Assembly (NCBI GenBank): GCA_013265495.1 | Contig: MU057640.1 | Location: 1,745,303 to 1,809,302, forward strand | Direction of reading: 5' to 3' | DNA length: 64,000 nucleotides | Origin: Vicugna vicugna | Lineage: Eukaryota | In this document: in pieces, positions 35,639-48,989 of the stretch | Numbering within the stretch: position 1 is the first letter of the stretch | Layout of the letters: the number at the start of each line of letters is the position of its first letter | Notes under the pieces: generated by a model | What the model was told of the DNA's origin: nothing | Databases searched by the model: none | What the model saw: only the letters and a program-made list of their open reading frames with translations | Program-made: the position numbers and the translations under genes

Positions 35639-36461
35639 TGTGACCAAGGAGTGGGCCTTCTGGTCAAAGCAGTAGACTGTGGACAGACCTGGGAAGTTCG
35701 GCCCCTGTTCACTGGTGCTCGATCTTCACTTTCAGCAACTTTTCCCCGGCCGGCCTGACAAAGACAGATTCAGGACCCCATGGTCATGAGGCTGTGCCCT
35801 TGATCAGCTGCTATGGCTGTAAGGGTTACCTTACTAGAAAAACCACCCAGAACCTGGAAATAAGGCCAAGGGGATATCTGCGTGTCCTTTCAATGTCATA
35901 TTGAAAATATTGTTCAACAAACTCACCCAAAGATTATTACTATTCTAGGAGAACGTGCTATCGTTTGACTACAATATTTCCTATTACGGGCTCAGGCTCT
36001 GAAGTTAAATGTTGCAGAGCCGTGAAGATGCAAATGAGTCCTGTCTAGTGGGAAAGATAACCTCAAAGGTCAGGGCTAACTGCCTGTAGGACGTTAATGA
36101 GTTTTGTATCCAAACCATGTAGCCCATATTGTTTCGTTAGTAAGATTTTACAAACCCCAGTGCTTCCCATGCTCTTTGTACCAGCCTTGCCATTTTGTTG
36201 TTTGCCTCCTTAAGACTGAGTTGAGGAAAGATTTTTTACAAGGGTTCATCCTGTATTTGTAAGAAAGTCAGGCTTTTAATTTTGGAACATCGTATTTGCT
36301 CAGCTAAAACCCAAGAGTTCTGAGTATTATGAGAGACAAGAAACGTACATTGGTAATGCTCAATCATGTTAGAACTTCCTCATGGGTTAAGATGGTCATT
36401 ACCAAGGGCCACTGGCAGCAAAAGGAATCACAGACCCCCAGGGGAAGTTCCTCAGAAGGAG

Positions 36462-37547
36462 AAGCTCCTTGCACAGCAAAGGAAACCATAAACGAAATGA
36501 AAAGACAGCCTATGGAATGGGAGAAAATATTTGCAAATGATGTGACCAACAAAGGACTAATTTCCAAAATAAACAGCTCATACAGTTTAATATTTAAAAA
36601 ACAAACAACCTAATCAAAAAATGGGCAGAAGACATAAATAGACATTTCTCCAAAGAAGATGTCCAGATGGCCAACAGGCACATGAAAAGATGCTCAAAAT
36701 CACTAATTATTAGAGAAATGCAAATCAACATTACAATGAGGTATCACCTCACACCAGTCAGAATGGCCATAATTAAAGTCTATAAATAAGAGAAAAAGGA
36801 ACTCTCCTACACTGTTGGTGGGAATGTAAATTGGTGCAGCCACTATGGAGAACAGTATGGAGGGTAAAAAACTAAAAATAGACTTACTATATAAATCCAG
36901 CAATCCCACTCCTGGGCATATATATGGAGAAAACTCTAACTTGAAAAGACACATACACCCCAATGTTCATAGCAGTACTATTTACAATAGCCAAGACGTG
37001 GAAACAACCTAAATGCCCATCAACAGATGACTGGATAAAGAAGATGTGGTATATATATAATGGAATACTATTCAGCCATAAAAAAGAATAAACAATGCCA
37101 TTTGCAGCAACATGGATGGACACAGAGATTATCATACTAAGTGAAGTAAGTCAGACAAAGACAAATATCATATGATATCACTTATATGTGGAATCTTTAA
37201 AAAAATGATACAAATCTTATTTACAAACCAAAAATGGACTCTGAGACATAGAAAACAAACTATGATTACCAAAGGGAAAGGGGTTGGGAGGAGGGATAAA
37301 TTAGGAGTTTGGAATTAACAGATACACTCTACTATCTATGAAACAGGTAACCAATAAGGACCTACTTTGTAGCACAGGGAACTATATCCAATATCTTGTT
37401 ATAACCTATAATGGAAACGAGTCTAAAAAAACATGTATGTATATATATGAATAACTGAATTGCTTTGCTGTACAACTGAAACTAACATTGTAAGTCAACT
37501 ACCATTTCAATTTTAAAAAATAATTGTAAACAAACAAACAAACAAAA
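36462..37547 (+). mobile_element. 5'-truncated cetartiodactyl/camelid L1
   Basis: ORF2 remnant CTAKETINEMKRQPMEWEKIFANDVTNKGLISKI; 3' UTR closely similar to 32287-33200; A-rich tail. Degenerate TSD aaggagaagctc / aaggaggagttc. Confidence 0.9.
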
Positions 37548-38296
37548 AAGGAGGAGTTCATACAGACTAACTCAGTATGTTCCCAGGTGAGATTTGGGAC
37601 TGTTTCTCTTGTGATGCGTGGCTTGGCCTAGAAGCATCCACAGACTTGCAAACCTTGGCATCATAATCATGCTTAGGGAACAACAGCAAAATATGTGAGC
37701 GTAACATAAAAAATCTGGAGCCTTGGGGACCCCGTGTTCCGGGACCAGGACAGGTTGAATGCCATCCCAGCAGGGCAGGGGACCGGTTGCAATGGGTGGG
37801 ACAGGACCCACTTGCATCATGATGTCATGTGGCAGCAGCAGAAGCAATGACAACCCCACCCTTGCCCGGCTGGAGGCTGAGCAGACACCCCACCCTGGTC
37901 TCTGCCTGGTTTTGGGAAGGAGGCGGGCACCTTGGACAGAGTCCCCTAAGTCCAGAGGACAATTTAAGGCCTCAAGAAGGTGTTGGACTTCCAGCAGGTG
38001 GGCACCTGAACACCACTTTGGAAATGAAAAAACAGATGTATTTGTACCCCAAACTGGTCAACCGGGTTACACCAATTACCTACACACAAGGGTATGCAAG
38101 AGATTGCCTTTCAAGTAAAAGTCCACAGCTGAGGAGGAAACATTTGGAGACGTTTACTTCAGAGCTGTGGGCAAGCTTGGAAGGACCGGCCAGCCCCCCA
38201 GGGAGGACAGGAAAGCCTCCAGGAGCATGCACATCTGCCAGCGTCTCCTGGACCAGTCTCCGGGGTGGGGCAGACTGTGGGCTGGGATGGGACCAA

Positions 38297-38640
38297 GTAT
38301 CAGTTTGCCGCATAACAAAGCAGCCATAATCACTCTCAGTGGCATAAAATAACCATTATTTGTTATGGATCAGGCTAGGCTGGGCTCAACCGTGGTGAGG
38401 AGCGGGTCTGTGGGCTGCTTGGCTCCACTCTGCGTTCAGTGGGGGCCCAGACTGAAGGGGTGGCCGTTACCTGTGCAAGAGGACCAGCAGAAGCACAGGA
38501 GGCCCTTAGGCTCAGAACCACACATCATGACTTCCATCTGCATCAGTGGCCAAAGTCAAGGTCAAGGGAGCACCCTCTGCCTAAGATGAGGCTGTGGTAA
38601 GAATCTGGATGAAAGTAGAGGTAAAGGACTGGGGCCAGTC
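38297..38640 (-). mobile_element. MaLR LTR, MLT1H/I-like
   Basis: gtatcagtttgccgcataacaaa...tctcagtggcataaaataaccattattt...gggcccagactgaaggg...gacttccatctgcatcagtggccaaag. Confidence 0.6.
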
Positions 38641-40093
38641 TGCCCCAGGAAAGGCTGGTGGCATTTGGAGGCCCCAGTCTCTGTGTCCGCCTCTCTTCTC
38701 AGCAAGCAGAGCTGGGCTGCCTCTTGTCCTCATGTCCACACCCTCAGTGCATCTCCAGGGGAGCTGGGGGCTCAGTCCAGTGGCTGAATGGTGCAGGACC
38801 TGCCCAAAAGTACAGTCTCCTTGCTCATTATTTTTTCCTGCCTTCCCTCCACTACTCTGGTGAACATGTAGGTCATTCTAGAACTGCTTCCTCGAGTCCA
38901 TTAAAATGGTCCTTATTCCACCTCACCATGCAGGGACATGTTCACAGCAGGTTAATTACCGCACCAGCATCCCAGGGGCCATTCAACATGTCAGGTGGAT
39001 CCTAACGGAGGCCAATGTGGACGATGCGGCGTCTGTGACCATCATTATAACTTCTACTGCCCACCCCTCCTATCCCATGAGGATGGAGAAGAATTCTAAG
39101 GACCAGACTGGGCACCGCGGTTTGGAGCCTCAGGACACAGACAGACAGTCGAGGACTCAGACAACCGAGGTAACTGTTATTTGTTGAGTGTGAGCCCCAC
39201 TTACATGTCAGGCGCCTGCTGGGGGATCTGCAGACACGGGGCAGGGATGGGCTCTGGAAGAGGAGTGGGTCCCTCAGGGAAAAGCTGGTGGGCCTTGGGA
39301 GCAAGATAGCCTCCATGGTGGGGAGGGGCTGTGGGGTCACCGGCCGGGAAGTGGGAGCCGGAGAGGGCGGGGATTTCTGGATGTGTCTGAGGTTAGAAAC
39401 TCTTTCATGTTCAATGAAGAAGAGGAGAATGGTGCATGCATGTGTGTGTGTGTGTGGGAGAGAGTGAGAGAGAAATGATTAAGAGATCCAAAAAAAAAAA
39501 AAAGAGAGAGAGAAAGAGATCAAAGTGCTGCATAATTAGAGAACATGCTGGACTCTGATCCCATTTACCTGCTACATGTTACCTACGACCAGGGGCCCCC
39601 AGCCAAGCTCCTGTAGATGGAGGGAGTGGAACGGCCCCCGAGTAGTCCCTGAGGGGACTGAGACCAGGGTGGACAGGACTTAGGACAGCCAGCAGGAGGC
39701 CTGGCTTCAGGAAGGGGTGTGCCCACCTCCCTGCAAGTCCTCCTGCAGGAGAGGAGGACGTGCTGGGCAACCAGACAGCTCAGTGTGCCAGCCACCACCC
39801 TCAGTGGCAGCCACGGCCTCAATTCCTGCTCCAGGGCCAACGGGTGACAGCCTCCAAGTTCCTCTTTATGAGGAAATTCCAACCAAAACCCAGTGGCTGA
39901 AGCTGATTCCATCCCTGGCAGTGGTGGATTTATCAGGGAGGGACCCCCAGGAGAGGACGGCCAATGCCGTGAGAGTGACATGGAGGCTCAAGCCACTTAT
40001 TTTAAATAGATGAATGAATGTGGTCCATGCTGAGGACAGAGCATAGCAGTTACCCACATATTCTCCCTAATCCTTACACAGACTGGGACATAA

Positions 40094-40141
40094 ATTATTA
40101 CTATTATTATTGTTGTTGTTATTATTATTATTATTATTATT
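40094..40141. repeat. Compound (ATT)n/(GTT)n microsatellite
   Basis: Direct reading of the sequence. Confidence 0.95.
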
Positions 40142-40559
40142 CCCATTTTGCATCCACGCTAAGTCTTCATTCAGCAAGCTGGTCAGCTCTGTGCTCACCC
40201 AGCCCTGGGGATGGGAAAGGACAGTGGGGTGGGGAGAGAAAGTGGCCTTGAGGAGAGCGGATGGGCTGTCCAGAGGTGACAGGAAAGGCTGGGTCCTACA
40301 GTTCAGGGCCAGCATGACAACAGACACTCAGACAATCCCCAGGGAGCCTCAGAAGTGCCTGAAGGACAGTGGGGTTCCAGAAGCTCCCAGGATGCAGGTG
40401 TGAATCACCCTCGTCTCACTCTCTAAGGGATGGCTGACCCCTAAGGGCTGGGAACAGGGAAACTTGGAAAACCTGGACTGTGTGTACTCACCGAGTCCCC
40501 AGTATGTGTTTGAGCATCACAAACTTCATATACATTGCAGGGTTTTTCCATTAAAATTT

Positions 40560-42120
40560 AAAACAAATATATGAATACATGCTTATAAAAATGCGAAGAG
40601 GGCAAATGTGTGTGGAACAAAAAGTGAATCACCTTTGACAAGTCCCACCGTCCTCTTTTGGTGAATTTCCTGTCCCTCCTTAGAGATGGCATTTCTCCCA
40701 TGGTTGAGGGTTTGGTGTGGGCGCTCCCAGACCTGTTCATAGACACAGGAGACAGCATGTGTGAGTGCTTCCTAGGAACCAGATACTATTGAGTTTACAC
40801 ACAGACACACACTCACACTTTTTAAAAACACATAAATGCGATCACAGTACTTTTTTTTCTAACTTGCTTTTCATTTATTACATTTTTGAAAGCTTTTCAA
40901 GTCACTCCTTATGAATATGCTGCCTTTAAAAACAATATTTTATCTTAAAACAGTAGTGTGTGCCTGTGGTAAGCAGTTTAGTCAGAAGGACGAGAAATGG
41001 AATGTAAAAGTTTCCTGACCCCCCATTTCATTTTGCTCTGAAGTATACACATCCATTCATTATCTAGGCACCTGAGTCACAAAAATATATTTTCACATTT
41101 TTTTAATGCAGTAGTTTTGCAACTCCCTTTTCTCATTCATAGATCTTGGGTATCTTCCCTCATTAGCAGATACACATCTGTCACATTCATTTTTAACTGC
41201 TGCATAATATTCCACAGAACAAATGTATCATTCTCTATTTAATTGGGCTGGTACTTGTGAATGTCATTTAGACTGTTACTAAGGTTTCCCAATGATAAAA
41301 AATGCTACAGTGAACACCCTTATGCCTACATCTATGCCCATGTATATTAGTGTTGTGTTGGAGATTGTTCAGTGGTCTCTGTTAACCAACCTCCTCTGCC
41401 TTCTTTAGTCATATAGCCCCTGGATTTTTGTGGGCACATGGCTGCCCAAAACAAAGACTACACTTCCCAGCATCCCTGCATTTAGATATGAACATATGAT
41501 TAAGTTCTAGTCAGTGAGATATTGCAGAAGTGCTGAGTGCTGCTCTGGGACTGTGGCCTAAAGGGGAAGGGGTGGGTCCCCTCAACCCTTTCCTCATGTG
41601 GAAGGAACTGCCTTCTGCCATGCAGATGAGGGTGACACTCCAAGTTAGTAGAGCAAAAAATGTGGAACCTAGGCCCCCAATGCCATAGAATCATGCCCCC
41701 ACCACACCACCCCAGCCCTAGATTGATTAAGCTGAGTTGTTATGTTCCAGAAAGAAATGTATCTCTACTGGGTTTAAGCCACTGTTATTTTGGGAATTAT
41801 AACAACCAATCCAATATCCTAATTAAAATTAATATATTCATAAGATTAATTCAGAGCAGTGGAATTGCTACATCAAAAAGTGTATGCATTAAAAAAATTG
41901 ATTTTTAATGCCAAATTGCCTTCTGCAGCTATTGTACTAATTAGACTCCCACCAACAGTATGTGAAGGTGCCTGCTTTACGACACCCTTGCCCACAATGT
42001 CCATGATCAAACTTAAAATATTTGCCCAGGACTTAAAAATACTTCCTAATTTTAAAATTTGCATTAATTAAGTCATGATGGAAAGTCAGAGTCCTTGCCT
42101 ATGTTTGTTAGCCTTTTTAT
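40560..42120 (-). mobile_element. Ancient L1M(E) fragments, interrupted by MLT1J
   Basis: cattcatttttaactgctgcataatattccac...aatgctacagtgaacaccctt... continuing after 41830 as agtggaattgctacatcaaaaagtgtatgcatt...actcccaccaacagtatgtgaag. Confidence 0.65.
41355..41830 (+). mobile_element. MLT1J-like MaLR solo LTR
   Basis: gggcacatggctgcccaaaacaaagactacacttcccagcatccctgca...gtttaagccactgttattttggg. Confidence 0.75.
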
Positions 42121-42149
42121 ACATTATCTTCAATCTTTATCTGAATTCT

Positions 42150-42290
42150 AAGGCATGTTATCCTTATTCCCACTGAGTTTACCCCTGAAATGTTAAGTAA
42201 CTTGTCCAAGATGGCACAGCTGGTGAGTGATGGTGCCAGCCTTGAATGCAGGTTGGACTCACTCTGGGCTGGAGACCAGACTCTTTCCTG
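42150..42290 (-). mobile_element. MIR fragment
   Basis: gttaagtaacttgtccaagatggcacagctggtgagtgatggtgccagccttgaatgcagg. Confidence 0.65.
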
Positions 42291-43449
42291 CATCATACCC
42301 GTGGCCTTGCCAGGGCTACCCCGACCCCCACCTGCATATTTATTCAGCAAGTACTCAGGGGCCCAGCTGGGCAGACCAGCCTCCACAACAGGTCCAGCTG
42401 GGCCCACTGGAGCACACACAAATGAGCACCGTCCGCTCTGACTCCAAGTAGCTGGGATTTCTGAACTCTCACGTCAGACAGAGGTAGCCAGGCAGGCCTG
42501 TTCTGCCTTTGCCATGGAGCGAGAAGTTCTCACAAGCATCTTCAAAGGCTTTTTCCTTTTGGTTGTGTTTATTATATGTAACACCAGTGGAGAAAATTAT
42601 CTTTCCACGTAAAGGTTGTAGCACCATTAACACCCTACATTCCAGGCAGAGAACAGCATCCTGACCAAAAGAAGAGGTGCCTTTAAGTTTTAGTTTCTTC
42701 ATCTTTATGTTGAAAATAATTAAAGCTTCTCATTTTTGGAGGGTGTGCGTGTTAGAGAGGGAGAGAGAAGAAATCATAAATGTTATTAAAAATGTCTCTT
42801 TGTACCGACTCAATCTCACAACCATGGCCCTAAGCTGTAGGCTCCCCACTGTACAGTTGGGGAGGTCTGAGTTCAGAGGGGTCCGTGAGCAGCCCCTCCT
42901 TGGAGGCAGTGAGCAGTGGAGGCGGGAATTGAACCCCAGCAGGGGTCAGGGTGAACTTTTTAAGCCTCCTCCTGTCCTGGTGGCCTTCTACCACTCAGTG
43001 AGCTCAGGCTTCAGATCCCGGCCTGGGCGTCCGGCTGATGGTCCCTCTGGGCTCCCACGGTATCCCCCACACACGCACTCAGGCATGCGTGCACACACGC
43101 CCTGCAGGGGCACCGCCCTGGGCTGGGGCTCTCAGAAAAGGCTCAGGGGGATGTGCTCTCACTCAGCCCTCGAGACTCCTTAATGCAGTCAACTCCAGCG
43201 TCACAGGGTAGATTCCCTTCAGGCTGTCAGCAGCGAATGTCCCCAGCACAGACCCCTGCCAGATCCCTGCAGCCATCACTACGAGACATGGAAGACTTGG
43301 GGTCAAGTCACTCAGACAGACAGGAATTCAGGCCTGACGGAACAACACACAGGTCAAACCCCGAGTTACCGCCTTTAACGAGCTGAATTTCCATGTTGGG
43401 GGCGGTGGGGGAAACAAGCAGAGTATAACATTCTGTTGCTGAACAGAAA

Positions 43450-43560
43450 TGAGGTTGATCTGGTTGAACTCTCATTTTACAGTTGACACAAGAGTCTGGG
43501 TAGTCCTGCTCAAAGTCACCGAGGGAGTTTGGAAAAGAGCCAGGACCTGCCCCCAGATAA
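43450..43560 (-). mobile_element. MIR fragment
   Basis: ctctcattttacagttgacac...cctgctcaaagtcacc...aagagccaggac. Confidence 0.5.
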
Positions 43561-43609
43561 CTCCTTGTGACTCGACTACACTTTTTTTTAAGGTCTAGCT
43601 TTTTTCACA

Positions 43610-43765
43610 AGGGAACTGTCACACTTTGTTGGGGAAGCCAGGGGCTTGTAGGTTGGAGCTACTGGCGTCTAGTGGGTACAGATCAGGGATGCCGCTAGAC
43701 GTGGTGCAAGGCATTGGAGCCCCACAGCAAAGAACTGTCACATCTAAACTGTCATTGTGCTTGGC
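43610..43765 (+). mobile_element. MER20 (hAT-Charlie) fragment
   Basis: gctactggcgtctagtgggtacagatcagggatgccgctaga...agccccacagcaaagaactgtc. Confidence 0.75.
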
Positions 43766-43884
43766 CGTCAGTGGGCGTAGGCAACCAGCGAGGCTAATCA
43801 CCCAGGCCTCCAGGAAAAGTGGAATTGCAAGAGGGGAAAAAAGGTAGTAGAAACAAGTTACAGTTTAACAACCCCAGTGTTTGG

Positions 43885-44671
43885 TGAGAAAATGGGAAGC
43901 ATCGTTTTTTCTGACACCAAGTCTGTGGAGTTTGCCCCACACCAACAAGCAATTCTCTGACACCAACTGGTTGTCCAACAACTCAGTTCTTACACTGCCT
44001 GGAGCTAGCACAGACCCCACAGGTTACGGGCTCAGTCTCCCAAGACTTCAGATGACAACCCCCCCACGTCAGATGCCAGTCACTAGTCCCAGGGGCCACC
44101 TGCTCTTCTGACCCACCAGCTATAAGCTCAAGGGGTTCCCACAACTCCCTCTTCAGCTTTGGTAATCCGCTAGAAGGATTCCCAGGACTCGGGAAAACAC
44201 TTTGCTTCCGTTTACCAGTTTGTTATAAAGGATCCAACTCAGGAAGAGCCAAGTGTCGTGGAAGAGACCGGCAGGGTGGGAGGGGGCTGTGCTGAGCTTC
44301 CTCGCCCTCCCCGGGCGCACCGCCTTCCCAGCACAGGGAGGTGTTCACCTACCCGGAAGCTCTCCAAACCCCATGATTTAGGGTTTTTAATGAACATGTG
44401 ATTACATAGGCATGTTTGATCAGATCATTGGCCACTGGTGACTGAACTCCATATCCTCTCCCTGGGATAGGGAGTGAGGGGTGGGGCTGAAAGTTCTAAC
44501 CCTCTAATCACATGGGTGATTATTCTGGTGATCAGATCCCAGCTAGGCACCCCCCCCCACCACGTATCATCTCATTAGCATACAAGACAGTAAATTCCAA
44601 GGGTTCTGAGGGGCTCTCTGTCAGGAACTGGAGACAAAGACAACATACTTCTTTTGTATTTTCTCACAACA
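43885..44671 (-). mobile_element. MER21(C)-like solo LTR
   Basis: Reverse complement begins tgttgtgagaaaatacaaaag...gtctccagttcctgacagagagcccctcagaacccttggaat. Internal gaccccacaggttacgggctcagtc and ggggctgaaagttctaaccctctaatcacatgg. Confidence 0.75.
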
Positions 44672-45608
44672 GGTTAACTCTGAGCCCTAGAGCCTGGGCT
44701 GAAGGGGAGGGAGATTTGAGTCAGGAGACGAGCACTGCGATGTGAGTGTCCTGTGTAGTTCACAGCCTCCTGTGTGGTTAGGTGAGCCTCGGGCTGAACA
44801 GGACGTGGGTGGTGTGGGGCCCCCAGTACCTCGATAGGCTGTAACCAGGCTACCAGATTGCTCAGAAGCCAGGCTTTTTGTAAAAGTTGCAGAGACGACA
44901 TAACAAGCTTAAATTTTTACTTTCTCACCTTCCAACTGTACAATTTGCCGACGGAAAGAGCAACTGAGTTTGCTTTCTTTGTAAACCCCCAGGCTGAAAC
45001 TGAGAGGGAGCCTGCCTTCCCTTATAGTGTCATTTATAACATCTTCCAGGACCCAGCAAGAAGGCAGGACGTGAACCCCACCAGGCCAGTCTCCTTGGTT
45101 GTGGGTAAAAGCTGACTGTGGTCACAGGTGATATGTTTCCTGTTGTTGGTGGTGAGATTTCATAGGGGCCTTTTCCTGTCTTCACTCAAAAGGAAATGCA
45201 TTGACACCAAGGGAAGTGGTAAAACCATGGGCCATTCTATGTTTTAGAAATCTGATATTTGGAAACCTGCAGACCTGAAGAGTCAGGGACTTTTTATGAA
45301 GATCTGATACACAAGGGCTATCCAAACAAGGAGCTGACTCATTAGGAAGTGTGGTGTACCATTACCTAAAACCTCAAACCACAAATGTTTCACCTCTAAA
45401 TTTTGTGGACTTTGTTAGACAGACATTTTTGTTAGGCACTGTGTGAAACGACGGGGTGTCTGGTTTCTTTCCCCTCCCCACAGTGACTACATGCATCTTT
45501 CGTAATATGCCCATGCCATGTGGTCAGCTTGCAAGGAAGAGTTTTATTAATGAGTGTGTTCAGGGATTTTCAAATGGAAGAACTTACAGAAGTGCAGAGT
45601 AGCTGTTT

Positions 45609-45900
45609 ACACTAAGTGAAAGGACATATACTGTATGATTCCACTGACATGAGGTACCCAGAGCAGTCAGACTCATAGAGACGGAAGGCAAAGTGGTGGT
45701 TGCCAGGGGCTGGAGGAGGAGGATGGGGAGTTAGTGTTTAGTGGGTAGGGTTTTAGTTTTGCAAGACGGAAGAGTTCTAGAGATTGGGGTGGTGATGGTT
45801 GTACAACAACGTGGATGTACTTAATGCACTTGATGGTGCACTTAAAGCGATTAAGATGGTGCATTTTATAATAATGTGTATTTCATCACAACTTTAAAAA
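45609..45900 (+). mobile_element. L1MB3-like 3' end
   Basis: aggacatatactgtatgattccact...gtggtggttgccaggggctgg...gtggtgatggttgtacaacaacgtggatgtacttaatgc. Confidence 0.85.
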
Positions 45901-46619
45901 AATACATTCTTTTAAAATAAGGAGGGGTAATAGCACAGGGTTGTTGTGGGGATTAAATGAGTGAATTAGCAGTTCTCTATTAAGGTGCCCCCCTGTCCCC
46001 ACACACACATAACGTGTTGGGCCCAGAATGTCACAGAGCCGAGGCTGAGTAGCCCGCAGTGAAGCACCCAGCAGAGTGGCTCTCCATCAACAGTGGCGGT
46101 GACTGCCATGGAGTTTGCATGGAATTTATCATGCCCCAGAGTTCCTGTTGCCTATCCCAAGGAGCCCAAGGTTACCGATGCAGAAGCACCCGGCAGGACC
46201 ACCGTAGCAACAAAGGCCTTCAGGGTGAGCCTGCAGGTCCGAGGGCACGTGGCAGTTTATGGTCGTCAGTGGAGTCATAAGGATCCTTCTCCACAAACCT
46301 AAGCTTGTTAACAATTTTATATGACTTTATTTTCCTTCAAATTAATTTGGATCACAAACCCTGATCCCCCCAAAAGTGAGCAGAAAATCTGGGCCTCTAC
46401 AGGGCCAGATGTCCAACGAGGCTCCTCAGGCTGCCACCTGCCCAGGGCTACCTGGTGGCCCCTTCCAACCTGTGTCAGCCCAGGAAGGCCCTCAAATCTT
46501 GGCTGTGGCCTGGAGTCCAGGGTCAGGGTTCTAGCATCTCCAGGCCTCCATGAAGTCATTCTCCTCTCCTGCACATTCCATCCCCAGCCGAGGCCCTGCA
46601 GCTCCCCTGACTGTGAGGA

Positions 46620-47100
46620 ACCTGCAGATCTCCACCCTTTCTCTTTGTGGGGAATGCCCTGCTCCCCTAGCAGAACCCACCCCAGGCCCACCTTGGGCAC
46701 CTCGGGGCAGACTTGGTGGCTGGTGGGTCAGCTCTGAGCTCCAAATCCCCCTCCCCACTCTACACATTACCTTTCTCCTCTGTCAGCTGGTCCCTCCTGG
46801 GCTCTAACAAGAGGCCAGAGGGAGACTACAAAGTAGGAGGCAGGGGAAGGACAGCCCCTGACTGCTGGCCCCCCGTTCTGTCTCCAGCTGTTCATCAGCT
46901 CCAGCTGGGTCACATCCCCACCGGGGGAACCAGCACCACAGCTCCAGGCAGGCCCGGGCTCCACCCACCAGGTCTGGGCATCCACCTCTTCCCCTGGCTC
47001 TCGACTCCTACCTGCAACCAACCGCGGGGCAGGAGCTGCTTCCTGTAATCCCCACCCCTGTTCCCTCAGGGCCCTTTCCACTCTGTCCCCATCACCATTT
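46620..47100 (-). mobile_element. Possible old ERVL LTR (LTR33-like) fragment
   Basis: tctgtcagctggtccctcctgggctctaacaagaggccagagggagactacaaag resembles LTR33-type sequence; weak similarity only. Confidence 0.35.
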
Positions 47101-47788
47101 AACCAGCACCTGACATTACACTTAATCAATCACCGAGCATGGCTTCTGTCTGGTGTCCTAGATGGCATGAGTGGCGGGGCCACCAGAGCTCCTGCCCCGG
47201 CCAAGAGGCTGCACCTGTGGTGTCACCAGGAAACTGCCAGGATGGAAATGATCACTCTGAGGTGTCAGAAGCACTTAGACGCTCCGCAGCCCATTAACCT
47301 TGTCACCGTCACCTGTCCCTGCCTGTCAAGGTGGAAGCAGGGCAGCGGCTCCCCAAGGACAGGCTGAGTGGCTGAGATGTACAGTGCTCCCCGCAGGTCC
47401 TGGGAGAAGCCTCACAGCCCCAAGGGACGTCCATCTCCTGTGAGGTTCGGCGAAGCGCTGGAAAGAAGTGCCTTTGCACAGCATGGGCTTGGCAGCCCCG
47501 GGGTGTTTTCAGGGGCAGTCTTGGCTGCAGCTGTGGGGCCCACATCGAGCAGGAGGCTGGGACTCCCAGGGGCATGTTAACGGGCACAGGCATCCACAAA
47601 GTGTGAATCCGGGGTGCGTGGCCAGGGCAGCTACCCGGGTAGACCCTGGATTCAACCGGCTCCGAGAGCTTTGTCAATCAAGTATTTTTGGTTCCTCCTC
47701 CTCTTCCAGCGCGTGTGTGTCGAGGGGTCCGAGCCCACCCCGACACACACCTGTACTCAGCCTCTCCCCTGGCGAGGGTTGAGCTCCT

Positions 47789-47805
47789 GCTGCCATCTGG
47801 TGGCA
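47789..47805 (-). promoter_or_regulatory. Candidate CTCF site
   Basis: Minus strand TGCCACCAGATGGCAGC, a near-ideal match to the CCASYAGRKGGCRS core. Confidence 0.55.
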
Positions 47806-48462
47806 GTTTGTGTGGGGACACTGGAGAGGCAGAGATCTGCTCCCCAGTCCTACACCTCTGCTTGCAGAGACGGGGAGCTTTCTTGGCATTTCCTTCATGG
47901 ACAGAAGGAAGACCCGCTCTCCAACCCACCACTACCGCTTGTGAGGGGCTCACCTCTGATGGGACGCGCCATCCCCGCCATCCACAGGCAAGACGTCCTG
48001 TCCCCATGCGCAGTGCAGTTCAGGGAGATGGGACACATGAGGGGGCTGGGGGGTGGGTCCCTGTTGAGAGGGTAGGTACCAACAAGCTGGCTCTGTCCTT
48101 CCCCAGTTGTTCAGGAAGTTGTCTCCTGTTCAGCCAGGGATCTGGGCATCTCTTCAGAGAGGGAAGTACAAGCTCCAGAACTAATGAAAAAGCTCCACGA
48201 CATCACAGGGCTGTCTTCTCCTCTTAGTTGCATCCCCATTCATGTTGCACAGTGAAATCCACTGGGGTGGGGTTTCAGTTGTGAGCATCTTGAGGTCAAG
48301 GACTTTTCACATTATAATCTGTATCTAGCAGAGGGCTGAGCACAGAGGAGGTATTAAATATTTCTTCAGTAATAGACCTCTAAGCGATCAGGTCAACGTA
48401 TCCTGTCAATTCATCTTCCAGAAGCCATTCTCTCAGCTGCAGCTCTCCTCTCGGTCCCCCGG

Positions 48463-48800
48463 GTCAGTGGATGTTGTGTGCCACCCAGGTTTCCCTTCAC
48501 GGTCACATGCTGATTCCCCTGAGTGTTCCACCCTAAGTCCCTCCCCAGGAACTGCCCTCCTTCCAAAGGAAGCTTCTTACTAAGGTTGAATCTCCTCCTG
48601 CAGGCAGGCCACATCCAGTAAGTATTCAACACTGGTGGGGGTGCTCCAGCCTCTGCACCTCTAATGGAGGAACTGGGACAAAGCCGCAGGGCTTCCTGTG
48701 GGATGGGCTGAGGCCTTTGCTCTGACTGCATCGCAGCTCACCCACCTCTGCCCCAGCACGCAGCCTTCACCTTTCACCCCCACAGGCTGAGGGCTCTCAG
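48463..48800 (+). mobile_element. LTR16-like 5' LTR of an ERVL provirus
   Basis: gtggatgttgtgtgccacccagg...gaactgccctc...cttcctgtgggatgggctgaggcctttgctctgactgcatcgcagctca. Confidence 0.75.
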
Positions 48801-48989
48801 CGCACAAACAGCAAGAGGCTGAGGACACAAGCTGTACACCAGAAACTGACACATCAATTGAAAAAAAGTGACCAAACATGAAAAAAAAAAAAAGAGGCCG
48901 AGGACATTTCCTGGCCTATTTAAGGCAATCGTTACAATCAAAAGAAATCAAGGAGGCTGAGGGAAGCAGGCCAACCAGGATTTAAAAAA

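Noticed and set aside
24461..38000. Weaker CTCF-like matches (~24465, ~26240, ~29590, ~37991)
   Set aside because: Mismatches or indels at core positions, one lies within a MIR end, and such matches are expected by chance in 64 kb.
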